DNA from: Thermoplasmatota archaeon
GTDB lineage: Archaea; Thermoplasmatota; E2; JACPAO01; JAHFTW01
Reading direction: 5' to 3'
DNA length: 64,000 bases
Assembly (NCBI GenBank): GCA_041601615.1
Contig: JBFIHX010000007.1
Location: 11,853-75,852, forward strand
Shown: piece by piece, positions 10,396-19,848 of the stretch
Numbering within the stretch: the first letter of the stretch is position 1
How the letters are laid out: every line of letters begins with the position of its first letter
Notes under the pieces: model-generated
What the model saw: only the letters and a program-made list of their open reading frames with translations
The model's database searches: none
What the model was told of the DNA's origin: nothing
Made by a program: the position numbers and the translations under genes

Positions 10396-11613
10396 ATGCC
10401 TGTCCTGACCCTGGAAGACGGAGCCGCCGCGAATGCATTCCGTGGCAAGCGTGTTCTGTTGCGCGTGGATTTCAACGTCCCGCTGCGCAAGGGCCGGGTC
10501 CAGGACGATTTGCGCATCACGGCAGCACTCCCGACGGTGCGGTTCCTGCAATTGGCGGGCGCCCGCGTAGTGCTCGTATCGCATTTGGGCCGACCCAAGG
10601 GCCAACGCGTACCCGAAATGAGCCTCGAACCGGTCGCCAAGCACATGACCAAGGTGCTCGGGGTGCCCTGTGGCTTCGTTCATGAAACCGTGGGCCCGAA
10701 CGCAACCTCGGCTGTAGCGGCACTCAAGGACGGCGAGGTGCTGTTGTTGGAAAACGTGCGATTCCATGTGGAAGAGACAGACGGCAACGAGGAGTTTGCG
10801 CGCCGCCTCGCCAACCTTGCGGATGTGTTCGTCAATGACGCCTTTGGCACCGCCCACCGCGCCCATGCCAGCACCACGCTGGTTGCCGAGCACTTGCCAA
10901 GCTATGCGGGGCTTTTGATTGCCAAGGAGCTTGCGGCCCTCGGTGGAGCGCTCGCCGAACCCGCTCGCCCGTTCACAGCGATTCTTGGCGGCGCGAAGGT
11001 CAGCGACAAAATCGCCGTCATCGAAGCCCTCCTGGAGAAGGCGGACCGAATCATCATCGGCGGCGGCATGGCGTTCACGTTCCTGCGTGCCCAGGGCCAT
11101 GAGGTCGGCCGCAGCATCGTGGAGGAAGACCGCCTGGACCTTGCCCGCGATTTTCTGGCCCGCGCCGAGGCCAAGGGCGTCGAGGTGTTCTTGCCGGAGG
11201 ATGTGGAGGAGGCCGATCGATTCGACGAGAAGGCCGACCACCGCGCCGTGAAGGTCGGACATCAAGCCAAGGACTGGATGGGGCTCGACATTGGCCCTCT
11301 CACAATCACACGCTTTGCTGAGGCGGTGCGCACGAGCCAAACCGTGCTCTGGAACGGCCCGATGGGTGTGTTTGAGTGGGACGCGTTCCGATTCGGGACC
11401 AAAGCGATTGCCGACGCGCTCGTGCAGTGCCCTGGCGCGACCGTGGTGGGAGGTGGCGATTCAGCGGCCGCGGCGCGAAAGTTTGGGATCGCCGACAAGG
11501 TGACCCATGTCAGCACCGGCGGCGGGGCAAGTCTGGAGTTCTTGGAGGGCAAGATTTTGCCTGGAATCGAAGCGCTGGAACGGGCGGCTCGGCGCACGAC
11601 GCCTTCCTCGTAA
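10396..11613 (+). CDS. pgk: phosphoglycerate kinase
   Basis: RVDFNVP, SHLGRP, LLENVRF, DAFGTAHRAH, GGAKVSDK, HVSTGGGASLE. Confidence 0.97.
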   Translation: MPVLTLEDGAAANAFRGKRVLLRVDFNVPLRKGRVQDDLRITAALPTVRFLQLAGARVVLVSHLGRPKGQRVPEMSLEPVAKHMTKVLGVPCGFVHETVGPNATSAVAALKDGEVLLLENVRFHVEETDGNEEFARRLANLADVFVNDAFGTAHRAHASTTLVAEHLPSYAGLLIAKELAALGGALAEPARPFTAILGGAKVSDKIAVIEALLEKADRIIIGGGMAFTFLRAQGHEVGRSIVEEDRLDLARDFLARAEAKGVEVFLPEDVEEADRFDEKADHRAVKVGHQAKDWMGLDIGPLTITRFAEAVRTSQTVLWNGPMGVFEWDAFRFGTKAIADALVQCPGATVVGGGDSAAAARKFGIADKVTHVSTGGGASLEFLEGKILPGIEALERAARRTTPSS

Positions 11614-11672
11614 CAGGGTCATCGGAGCGCAGCGACGGTGGCCCCTGGGGCCCGCAGGGGCAAAGCCCCGCG
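11614..11672 (+). repeat. hairpin element (GAGCGCAGCGA motif, then GGGG-led stem-loop)
   Basis: cgcaggggc-aaa-gccccgcg stem at 11653-11672, preceded by GGGG. Confidence 0.6.
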
Positions 11673-11753
11673 TTGGAGTTCCGGGAGGGCAAGATTTTGC
11701 CTGGAATCGAAGCGCGGGAACGGGCGGCATTGCGCTTGACAACCTCGGCGTAG
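11673..11753 (+). pseudogene. diverged duplicate of the pgk 3' end (27 codons incl. stop)
   Basis: Ungapped match to 11533-11613; LEFREGKILPGIEARERAALRLTTSA* vs LEFLEGKILPGIEALERAARRTTPSS*. Confidence 0.9.
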
Positions 11754-11765
11754 GCGGCTTGCCGC

Positions 11766-12578
11766 TCACTTGTGGTAGTCAGGCCCGAGCATGGCGCCGA
11801 GCATGTTGGTCTCTTTTTTCAGGTCCCCAAAAGTGTACCAATTCTTTTCGAGCCCCTTGGCGACGTGTGCTGCGGCGACCACGGCCAGTCCTGCGAGCGG
11901 GTCTGGGACGACGGTGGCGGCAAACAGCAGCCAGATGGTCACGTCTCGGTTGAACAAGAACGGAATGTAGAACGTGGTGGAGCCGCCCTTGGTTCGATTG
12001 CTCACGGGAACATCAAGGACGAGGGGTGCCGGCGCGAGCGTTGTGGCGCGAAGGAGCTTGAGTTCCTTTTGGACCATGTAGAGATCATGCTGAATCATGG
12101 ACCAGCGGAAGTAGACGATGCTGAAGGCGGCAATTGCAGGAACGGCCACGGCTGCCCAGGCGGGCCAGTCGAGGACCCCTTGATGAGATGGTCGAACCAC
12201 GGCCCCGACGGCGAGTGCCGCAATCCAGCCGACTTCCACCCAGCGATCAATGATGGTGTCCAGCAATCCACCCGCCAATGTTCCCGTTCCCGTGGCGCGG
12301 GCGACTTGGCCATCGCAGTGGTCCCAGAGCAAGCCAACAATCAACAGTCCGCCACCCAACCACGCGCTGTATGCAATGGGCGCAAGCGCGAGCACCGCCA
12401 TACCTGCAATACTGATGGCCAGCGAGAGGAGACTCACTTGCGTCGGGGTTAGACCGATGCGCAAGAACACCCGCGTGAACGGCAGCGCCATGCGCGTCGT
12501 GATGTTGGCCACGAAGGATCGGTTCCAAATTCCTTCACTGTACAATTCTTTGAAGGGTTTGGGCTGGGCCACGTCCAC
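11766..12578 (-). CDS. CDP-alcohol phosphatidyltransferase family protein
   Basis: DHCDGQVAR...GGLLDTIIDR signature. Confidence 0.88.
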   Translation of the reverse strand: MDVAQPKPFKELYSEGIWNRSFVANITTRMALPFTRVFLRIGLTPTQVSLLSLAISIAGMAVLALAPIAYSAWLGGGLLIVGLLWDHCDGQVARATGTGTLAGGLLDTIIDRWVEVGWIAALAVGAVVRPSHQGVLDWPAWAAVAVPAIAAFSIVYFRWSMIQHDLYMVQKELKLLRATTLAPAPLVLDVPVSNRTKGGSTTFYIPFLFNRDVTIWLLFAATVVPDPLAGLAVVAAAHVAKGLEKNWYTFGDLKKETNMLGAMLGPDYHK

Positions 12579-12639
12579 GACGCGGGCCGGCGTGTTATGG
12601 CTGTTTTGGTCTTCCCCACCCGCTTCGCACCGATTCGGC

Positions 12640-12942
12640 TTACGACCGCATGACGCTCATCACGAACGTCCCCACGGCCAGCAGGCTCCCGATCGTCGCC
12701 GCAAGCACGGCCACGAGGCTGCTTGCGATGATGGTGGCGTTGAACCTGGGCTCGATGCCGGGAACAAGCGGCCAAGTGAGGGCTGCAAATAGGCCGATGA
12801 GCAGAATGGCCACGAGCGCAAGCGCGAATCCGATGCCCCTGCTGCGGCCTTGGCCAAAGTAGGAACCGAACAGGCCGGCAACGAGGAGGGTAAATCCGAA
12901 TCCCAGGAGGACGGTCGAAAGGAAGATGCTGCCGAGCGCCAT
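12640..12942 (-). CDS. small membrane protein
   Basis: Three hydrophobic helices; YFGQGRSR loop. Confidence 0.7.
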   Translation of the reverse strand: MALGSIFLSTVLLGFGFTLLVAGLFGSYFGQGRSRGIGFALALVAILLIGLFAALTWPLVPGIEPRFNATIIASSLVAVLAATIGSLLAVGTFVMSVMRS

Positions 12943-13175
12943 CAGAATTTGGTGCCCGTCAGGGTCTTGGTGTCCACGACGCCCTCGATGGAGCGGATTT
13001 TGTTGACGATGACGTGCCCGAGCGTGTCGAAGTCTGCGGCCTCCAATTTGGCAATGAGATCGTACTCACCGAAGAGGGGGTGCAGTTCCACAATTTCCGA
13101 TACTTTCAGGAGCGTGTTGTACACGTCGTGCTCCTTTTGGGGAGCGGCGCTGATGAGGACGAATCCGACTGCCAT
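12942..13175 (-). CDS. stand-alone Lrp/AsnC ligand-binding domain protein
   Basis: MAVGFVLI...LFGEYDLIAK...IRSIEGVVDTKTL. Confidence 0.9.
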   Translation of the reverse strand: MAVGFVLISAAPQKEHDVYNTLLKVSEIVELHPLFGEYDLIAKLEAADFDTLGHVIVNKIRSIEGVVDTKTLTGTKF

Positions 13176-13261
13176 GGGCGACGACCGTTTGTGTGGATGG
13201 GGGAGTCGTGGGCTTAAGCGTTCCGAGGATTCTGCGGGGTTTGGGCGTTGCGGGGAGCTGC

Positions 13262-13828
13262 TCAGGGGTAGCGATAGAGGGCAACGTGCACGTTCACGAT
13301 GCCTTCGGCGGTCGCTTCGACGGTGTGGGTGCCGGCTTCGAGGAGGCCGCAATTGTGTTGCTTGCCGCGGCTGAGACCGTTGGTGCTGGCGCCTGCGCCG
13401 GCGACGATGGCTCCGCCCCCGCCGTAGCTGGAAACATGTTGGCAGCTTCCGAGGCTGCCGCCTGCCGAAAGGAAGGCGCCCGTCATGGGTTCAAACAGGA
13501 GCGTGTATTCGCCCGCCTCCAAGGCAAAGTCCAGGCTGCCTTCAAGAAGTCCGTCAGGGCCCAAGGTAACGTTGCGTGCGGCGACGCGGTACTTTGGCGC
13601 GAGGGGCATTCCGGGTCGGCCCGGTTGGCCAGGCTCGCCCGAGGTGCCGTTTTCGGCTGCAGCGGTTTCCTCCGTTTCCGGCTCGGTGTCCGGGTCCGCG
13701 GGTGCCGTGGGTTCTAGGTCCGCGTCGTGCGTAGGTTCGGTACCCTCGTCGGTGTTTGCACCGTTTTCGTCTTCGAGGCACCCACCAAGGGTTGTCAAAA
13801 CCAGCAAGAACACAATCAATGTGCGCAT
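13262..13828 (-). CDS. hypothetical lipoprotein
   Basis: Signal peptide with LGGC lipobox and acidic linker. Confidence 0.65.
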   Translation of the reverse strand: MRTLIVFLLVLTTLGGCLEDENGANTDEGTEPTHDADLEPTAPADPDTEPETEETAAAENGTSGEPGQPGRPGMPLAPKYRVAARNVTLGPDGLLEGSLDFALEAGEYTLLFEPMTGAFLSAGGSLGSCQHVSSYGGGGAIVAGAGASTNGLSRGKQHNCGLLEAGTHTVEATAEGIVNVHVALYRYP

Positions 13829-13879
13829 GGGCACCGCGATTCGTAGGGGTTCTTGATGTTTTTGCTGGATTTCCAGTAT

Positions 13880-14701
13880 TTACCAGGGGTGCATGATGCC
13901 TGCAGCGTCGCGGTGTCCGACACCAAATTCGGGAACGTGCGCAAGCGTTTCGCTGTCCAAGACCGGTCCTTCGACGCAGACGCGCAAGCCGTCGCCCACG
14001 GTGCAGGCGTCACAGATGCCCACGGCGCACTTCATGTAGCGCTCCAGAGAAGCTTGGCACGCAACACCCGCCGTTCGGCATTGGTCGACGACGCGCACCA
14101 TCATGCCCTCGGGGCCGCAGGCGTAGACGGCATCGAAGCTGCCTTCGCCTAGTTCTGCGAGTCGCTGGGTCGTGTATCCGTCGAAGCCGAGCGTGCCGTC
14201 GTCGGTGCAGGGTTCGTAGTGGAGGCGGCCTTGTTCTTGGCGCTTGGAAAGGTACGGGTGGAGCAGGAGTAGATTCTCCGAGCGCGCTCCACTTACGACT
14301 GTGACTTCGTGGCCCTCTGCGTGTGCTTGGGCAGCGCCTCGCGCCATGGGTGCAATGCCGGTGCCGCCGCCGACGAAGCAGACGCGGCCAGGCTCGGCTG
14401 GGAGTTTGAAGCCCGTGCCGTAGGGGCCGCGCACACCGATGCGGTCGCCGGCGGCCAATTCGAGAAGCGCCTTGGTGCAGTCGCCCTTGGCTTCGACGGT
14501 GAGTGTCACGCGCCCGGCGGCGTCCGTGTAGCCCGTGCCCATGGGGACCTCGTCGACGCCCGGCACCCACACCATACAAAACGTTCCGGCCGGACTCGCG
14601 GCAATGGCGTCGTCGAAGAACCGAATGGTTGCGTGGCGCTCCGTTTCCCACTCCACCGATTCCAGGCGCGTGATGCGAGGACGTTCCAGGCCGTTTTGCA
14701 C
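13880..14701 (-). CDS. pyrK: dihydroorotate dehydrogenase electron-transfer subunit
   Basis: RGPYGTGF, VGGGTGIAP, CGPEGM, MKCAVGICDAC...C Fe-S motif; start codon uncertain. Confidence 0.9.
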   Translation of the reverse strand: MQNGLERPRITRLESVEWETERHATIRFFDDAIAASPAGTFCMVWVPGVDEVPMGTGYTDAAGRVTLTVEAKGDCTKALLELAAGDRIGVRGPYGTGFKLPAEPGRVCFVGGGTGIAPMARGAAQAHAEGHEVTVVSGARSENLLLLHPYLSKRQEQGRLHYEPCTDDGTLGFDGYTTQRLAELGEGSFDAVYACGPEGMMVRVVDQCRTAGVACQASLERYMKCAVGICDACTVGDGLRVCVEGPVLDSETLAHVPEFGVGHRDAAGIMHPW

Positions 14702-14787
14702 AAGGGGGCCCAGGCCGGCGGGGTCAAAAAAGCAGGCATCGGTCCAAGATCGTGGGGGAAGAACCGGCACCCAGCCTTATTCCCCTA

Positions 14788-15498
14788 GTGCAAGCGGTCC
14801 ACGAGCGCCTCCGTGGCGCTCCGCTGCGCCCGGACCCGCACGTTGCGTTCTACCCCTACACCTCGGCCAAGAGCACGATTCGCATCCGTGATGGCCGGGT
14901 CCTGTTTCGTTTGAGTGACCACTTGCGCGATGCTCCCGACGCGGCGATTCGTGGGGTGGCGGGGGTGCTTTTGGTGCGGCTGTTTCGACTTCCGGATGGG
15001 CGGTTGGACAGGGATGAGGTGCGGGCGTATCGTTTGCATGTGGATTCGGACAAACTTCGGTCTCGTCGCCGGGAGACGGCGGGGGCGCGGGGGCGCAAGC
15101 ACATGGATCCTATCGGGGATCATCGAAGTCTCTTGGAGTCGTTTCTGCGCGTTAGCATGGATATGAACCTCGCACTTCCAGATGCGCCGAAGTTGAGTTG
15201 GAGTCGCACGCGGAGCCGGCGGCGGTTTGGCCATCACGACGCGGACCATGGCGTCATCGTGCTTTCTCGGGTGCTCGACGACCCAAAGGTGCCGGAGTTT
15301 GTGCTTGATTTCGTGGTGTACCACGAGTTGCTGCACATTCTGCATCCGCCCTTGATGGGTTCAGGTGGCAAGCGGATGATTCACCATCGGGCGTTTCGCG
15401 AGGCGGAAGCGCGCTTCGGGCAGCGGGCGGAAGCGGAGGCGTGGCTGCAGCGGTTGGCTTCGGCGCGGCCCGTCAAGCGTGGTGTGCGGCGCCGGTAA
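14788..15498 (+). CDS. YgjP/M48-like zinc metallopeptidase domain protein
   Basis: VVYHELLH...HHRAF motif; start uncertain. Confidence 0.75.
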   Translation: MQAVHERLRGAPLRPDPHVAFYPYTSAKSTIRIRDGRVLFRLSDHLRDAPDAAIRGVAGVLLVRLFRLPDGRLDRDEVRAYRLHVDSDKLRSRRRETAGARGRKHMDPIGDHRSLLESFLRVSMDMNLALPDAPKLSWSRTRSRRRFGHHDADHGVIVLSRVLDDPKVPEFVLDFVVYHELLHILHPPLMGSGGKRMIHHRAFREAEARFGQRAEAEAWLQRLASARPVKRGVRRR

Positions 15499-16381
15499 CG
15501 TCGGCAAGGGTCCGGACGTTTTCCTTTTCCATCCACGCCGTGAGGTCTTCTTCGATGGCCGAGAACACATCCCAGCCTTGGTGCATGACGGCGGTGCCGA
15601 TTTGGAATGCTTGGGCGCCGGCCATGGCGTATTCGAGCACGTCGCGCGCTTCGTAGATGCCGCCGCTGGCGATGATGGGCACTTCGACTTTCTGGTAGAG
15701 GTCCCAGACCGCGCGTAAGGCGACCGGTTTTAGCGCCTTGCCGCTCAGACCGCCGACTTTGTTGCCAAGCACGGGGCGGCGCACGTCCGGTTCGATGGCG
15801 ATCGCTTTGAGGGTGTTGGTGGCCACGAGTGCATCGCTGCCAGCCTCTTGGGCGGCGAGTGCGATGGCGGTGATGTCGCTGGTGTTGGGGGTGAGTTTGG
15901 TCCAGATGGGAACCTTGACTGCGTCCTTGACGGCCGCGACGACGCCATGCAAGACTTTGGGGTCGCTGCCGAGTTCCGAGCCGTAGCCTTTGGCGTGGGG
16001 GCAGCTTACGTTGAGTTCGATGGCGTGGACGCCGAGTGCTTCCATGTCTGCTGCGAGTCGTGCATATTCGGCGGCGTCGCCGCCAAACACGCTGCCGATG
16101 ACGGTGGCGCCGGCTGCGAGGGCGGGTTCGATTTCCTCGCGAAAGTGCGCGACGCCGGGACCTGGCAATCCCATGGCGTTGAGGAGGCCGCCGGGTACTT
16201 CGACGACGGTGGGGTTGGGGTGTCCTGGCCGCGGTTTGGGCCCCATGGATTTGGTGACCACGGCGCCCACGCCTTCGCGCACGGCGCGGGCCATGCTGGC
16301 GCCTGTTTCGTCGAGCACACCGGAGGCCAGTAGGAGCGGGTTCTGGAGTTCTAGGCCAGTCAAGCGCGTGCGCAGGTCCAC
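15473..16381 (-). CDS. pyrD: dihydroorotate dehydrogenase class 1B catalytic subunit
   Basis: LNAMGL, ELNVSCPH, KLTPN, TNTL, GGLSG. Confidence 0.95.
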   Translation of the reverse strand: MDLRTRLTGLELQNPLLLASGVLDETGASMARAVREGVGAVVTKSMGPKPRPGHPNPTVVEVPGGLLNAMGLPGPGVAHFREEIEPALAAGATVIGSVFGGDAAEYARLAADMEALGVHAIELNVSCPHAKGYGSELGSDPKVLHGVVAAVKDAVKVPIWTKLTPNTSDITAIALAAQEAGSDALVATNTLKAIAIEPDVRRPVLGNKVGGLSGKALKPVALRAVWDLYQKVEVPIIASGGIYEARDVLEYAMAGAQAFQIGTAVMHQGWDVFSAIEEDLTAWMEKENVRTLADVTGAAHHA

Positions 16382-16453
16382 GGCGTTGGCGACGGGGGGC
16401 GGTGTTTCAAAGGTATGGCTTGCGTGCTCCTGGCCGGTTGGCTCGTGGCGGGT

Positions 16454-16762
16454 TTAATTCCAGACGAAGCAAACGGTGCGTGGTTTGCCTTGGACGTAGA
16501 GTTGGGCGCTGTTGGGGCCGGCGCACTGGCGTACTTCCACGGGTTGGTCGGCGGCTTCGGGCAGGATGACGAAGCACTTGCTGGCGGGTTGGCCGTTGAT
16601 CCAGAGTTGGAAGCTTTCGTACTGGGAATGGCAGGGCCGGATTTCGACGGGGAATGCGGCTGTGTCCAGCGCGGTTGCGGGGTTGGCGGTTGCGGCGGGT
16701 GCCATGGCGAGGGCGGTCACGAGGGTTGCGAGGAAGAGGCCGAGCAAGCGTGGTGCGTGCAT
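16454..16762 (-). CDS. secreted Cys-rich protein (two 2-Cys modules)
   Basis: Signal peptide ending ATA-NP; modules similar to the neighbouring gene. Confidence 0.7.
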   Translation of the reverse strand: MHAPRLLGLFLATLVTALAMAPAATANPATALDTAAFPVEIRPCHSQYESFQLWINGQPASKCFVILPEAADQPVEVRQCAGPNSAQLYVQGKPRTVCFVWN

Positions 16763-16848
16763 GGGCCCAAAATCATCGACGGGGTCATGATGCTTGTCTC
16801 GTGGACCGTTGGTAGCCAATCCGGGCGGTTGTGTGTGGAAGCGGCGGT

Positions 16849-18033
16849 TTAGACGCCGTGGGGCAGCGGGATGCAGGCGGTCTTGAGCACGTTGAGCACG
16901 ATGATTTGGACGCCGTTGTCGGGGTGGTTGCAGCGGTCATTGACGACGACGGGTGGGCCGTTGGTGCCGATGCATGGGGTGACGGGGCTGTCGTTGACGT
17001 AGACGCGGACGCCGCGGGGGACGCAGGGGCGCACTTCCACTTCGGGCGGCGCGTCGGAGCTGGCGTCTTGAGGCGGCGGCACGAGGAAGACGCAGGGCCC
17101 GGTGGCCTTGCCGGAGAGGTACAGTTGCCAGCTTGGGTAGTGGGCGTTGCAGCGGGCGCGTAGTTCGATGGGGTTGGCGGCTTCGGTGGTGGAGCCGGGG
17201 CAGCACGGGGGGCATTCGCCGACGGTCACGAGCCGGAAGACGGTAAGTTCGTAGGTGCCGTCCGAGCAGGGCTGGGCGCGCAGCACGAGGGTGCACTCGG
17301 AGGGTGGCAGGGGTTCATTGAAGCGAAGGGCGAGGCCTCCGGGGCCTTCACAGCGCTCGACGGGCCAGGAGTGGTCGCTGCTGGTGGGTACGGAGCCGAG
17401 GGTGCCGGTGGGTTCGCAGCAGGGGCGGCAGGCGCCGGTTTGGATGTGTCCGGCCACGACGAGGTATCCGCCGCCGCCGGGGCAGTAGTACACTTCGACG
17501 AGTTTGATGCACCTGGTTGAGGCGGGACCTAGGTCGATTTGGTAAGCCAGTTCGTCGCATTGCTGGATGGGGTTCTCGAAGCCGCTCGTGGCGCGGGGCG
17601 GGTTGATGCAGCAGGGCGGGCAGTTGCCGATTCGCGTTCCGCCAAGGACAGTCACTTCGACGTTGGAGCCGTCGGGGCAGACGAGGATGCGCACGATGCG
17701 GATGCAAGGGGTGGGCGCCAGGGGGTCGACGACCATGACTGCGAGTTCTCCGCGGCCGCCGCATGCTTCGACGGGGAAGGGGCGGTCGCTGCCATCGAGG
17801 CTCGCGGCGCCGAGTTGGACGCATTGGCCAGCGACTTGGACGCCGCCGTCGCAGTGCCAAATGATGGGTGGTTGGCAGTCCTGGACGCGGTGGCCGTTGA
17901 CGTCCATGGTCATGCCTTCGCCTTCGGGACAGGGGCCTGTTTGGATGTCCAGCGGGTTGGCGGTGGCGACGGGGGTTGCCACAAGCGTGGCTGCAAGTAG
18001 GATGCTTAGGGTAAGCAAAGCGAGTGTTCGCAT
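16849..18033 (-). CDS. secreted Cys-rich modular repeat protein
   Basis: Signal peptide; about 10 Cys-paired modules; three CxPCC linkers. Confidence 0.75.
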   Translation of the reverse strand: MRTLALLTLSILLAATLVATPVATANPLDIQTGPCPEGEGMTMDVNGHRVQDCQPPIIWHCDGGVQVAGQCVQLGAASLDGSDRPFPVEACGGRGELAVMVVDPLAPTPCIRIVRILVCPDGSNVEVTVLGGTRIGNCPPCCINPPRATSGFENPIQQCDELAYQIDLGPASTRCIKLVEVYYCPGGGGYLVVAGHIQTGACRPCCEPTGTLGSVPTSSDHSWPVERCEGPGGLALRFNEPLPPSECTLVLRAQPCSDGTYELTVFRLVTVGECPPCCPGSTTEAANPIELRARCNAHYPSWQLYLSGKATGPCVFLVPPPQDASSDAPPEVEVRPCVPRGVRVYVNDSPVTPCIGTNGPPVVVNDRCNHPDNGVQIIVLNVLKTACIPLPHGV

Positions 18034-18185
18034 ACGGGGACTGGAAGGCGGGCGCCGCATGAGTGTTGGCCGGCGGTTCTGGATTATCCAGACACGGATG
18101 GGTGCCTCAAGGGGGGGGGCTGGGGTCAAGTGGGCAAAGCGTGCACGAGTCTTGCTCGGCCAAGCATCGACGAGGTGCCTTGGGC

Positions 18186-18428
18186 CTAGTCGTAGCAGCG
18201 GATGATTTGGACGGCCAGCACCCAAACCGCGTTGCCGCCGCCAGCGCAGGGCTCTTCGTGGTAGATGCGGGTGTGCGGTTCGCCGCCGATGCACTCATCC
18301 ACCGGCCCGGCCACCACATGCAGGCCCCAGGAGCGACATTCGCCGACCTCTACTTCGGGCCCGGCGCTGGCGACGGGGAGGGTCAGGAGTACGAAGATGG
18401 CGGCGGCCGCGAGGGCAAAAATGCGCAT
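18186..18428 (-). CDS. small secreted Cys-rich protein
   Basis: Signal peptide ending ASA; 4 Cys; PEVEVGEC resembles neighbours' modules. Confidence 0.65.
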   Translation of the reverse strand: MRIFALAAAAIFVLLTLPVASAGPEVEVGECRSWGLHVVAGPVDECIGGEPHTRIYHEEPCAGGGNAVWVLAVQIIRCYD

Positions 18429-18564
18429 CAGATTGGCATGAACTAGCGGCTATTAGGTTGAGACAGGTGACAAATGGGAAACCACGCGACAATCACGGCA
18501 TCGTGCGCACCGGAGGTGCCGGGAGTCAACTAGCCGTAGAACCTCGCTCGCCCCCGCCAATCCA

Positions 18565-18633
18565 CTAGGCACCCAGAAGGTGCCGTGCGATGACAAGCCG
18601 CTGAATCTCGCTCGTACCTTCGAAGATTCCAAA
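18565..18633 (-). pseudogene. diverged duplicate of the acyl-CoA dehydrogenase 3' end (23 codons incl. stop)
   Basis: Ungapped match to 18703-18771; FGIFEGTSEIQRLVIARHLLGA* vs FEIFEGTSEIQRLVIARHLLGG*. Confidence 0.9.
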
Positions 18634-18700
18634 CGAAGGGCCCTCCGCGCCCTTCGCAACCCCGGGAGCGCGGCACTCGCTCCGCTCGGCCCCGCCGCTC
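18634..18700 (-). repeat. hairpin element (GAGCGGAGCGAG motif, then GGGGT...CGAAGGGC-GCGGAGG-GCCCTTCG)
   Basis: Perfect 8-bp stem at 18634-18656; core AGGGCGCGRAGGGCCCT shared with copies at 33.3, 35.1 and 48.3 kb. Confidence 0.7.
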
Positions 18701-18702
18701 CA

Positions 18703-19848
18703 CTAACCGCCCAGTAGGTGCCGCGCAATGACAAGCCGCTGAATCTCGCTCGTACCTTCAAATATTTCGAAGATTTTGATGTCGCGCATGTACCGTTCCA
18801 CGTTGTAGTCGGTTGTGTAGCCGTTGCCACCATGGATCTGTACACCCTCGATTGTGGCCTTCATCGCCATTTCGCTGGCAAACAACTTGGCGCGGCTGGC
18901 GGCGTGCGTGACGGGCTTGCCTTGGTCCTTGAGCCATGCCGCCTTGAGGTACATGTTGCGGCTTGCTTCAACATGGACGTCCATGTCCGCTAGTTTCCAC
19001 TGAATCGCCTGGTTGGCCGCGATCGGCTTGCCAAATTGGTGCCGCTCCTTGGCGTACGCGATGCTGTCTTCCATGGCGGCGCGAGCGATGCCGGTGCTTC
19101 CAGCGGCGGCCATGATGCGGCCCGTGTCCAGGGTGCTCATGGCGACTTTGAAGCCGTCGCCCTCGCGCCCGAGCAAGTTTTCGGCGGGAACGTGCAAGTT
19201 CTCAAAGAAGAGTTGATTGGTGTAAGAGGCGTTGAGCCCTAGTTTGTGCTCGTTGCGGCCCACCGTGAATCCTTTGCTCTTGGTATCCACCACGAATGCC
19301 GATACGCCGCGTGCGTCCGTCGTTGCGGGGTCCGTTCGAGCAAACAGGATGCAGGTGTCTGCCACCGCCCCGTTGCTGATGAACATCTTCTGGCCATCGA
19401 TGATGTACTCGTCGCCTTCGCGCCGTGCGGTGGTTTTGAGGCTGCCCGCGTCGCTTCCCGCTTCGGGTTCCGTCAGGGCGTAGCAGCCAAGTTTCTTGCC
19501 GCTGGCAATGTCTGGAAGCCATTGCTGTTTTTGCTGCTCGTTGCCCCAGTGCAAAATCGGACTGACCGTGAGGCTGGAGCAAGCGCCGAAAATGACCGAG
19601 TGGCTAGCGCAGGCCCAAGCGAGTTCTTCGGCCACCAGTGCAAAACTGATGTAATCCGCGCCCGGGCCGCCGTATTTTTCGGGCACCGTGATGCCCAGCA
19701 AGCCCAGTTCTCCCATGCGCTTCGTGGTCGCCTCGGGAAACGAATGCTCGCGGTCGTGCGTGCGCGCCACGGGCTTGATTTCGGTTTCGGCAAACTCGTG
19801 CACCATGTCCCGGATCATCTGCTGCGACTCGGAGAGGGCGAACTCCAT
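18703..19848 (-). CDS. acyl-CoA dehydrogenase
   Basis: ALTEPEAGSDA, GQKMFISNG, QIHGGNGY, IFEGTSEIQR. Confidence 0.95.
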   Translation of the reverse strand: MEFALSESQQMIRDMVHEFAETEIKPVARTHDREHSFPEATTKRMGELGLLGITVPEKYGGPGADYISFALVAEELAWACASHSVIFGACSSLTVSPILHWGNEQQKQQWLPDIASGKKLGCYALTEPEAGSDAGSLKTTARREGDEYIIDGQKMFISNGAVADTCILFARTDPATTDARGVSAFVVDTKSKGFTVGRNEHKLGLNASYTNQLFFENLHVPAENLLGREGDGFKVAMSTLDTGRIMAAAGSTGIARAAMEDSIAYAKERHQFGKPIAANQAIQWKLADMDVHVEASRNMYLKAAWLKDQGKPVTHAASRAKLFASEMAMKATIEGVQIHGGNGYTTDYNVERYMRDIKIFEIFEGTSEIQRLVIARHLLGG

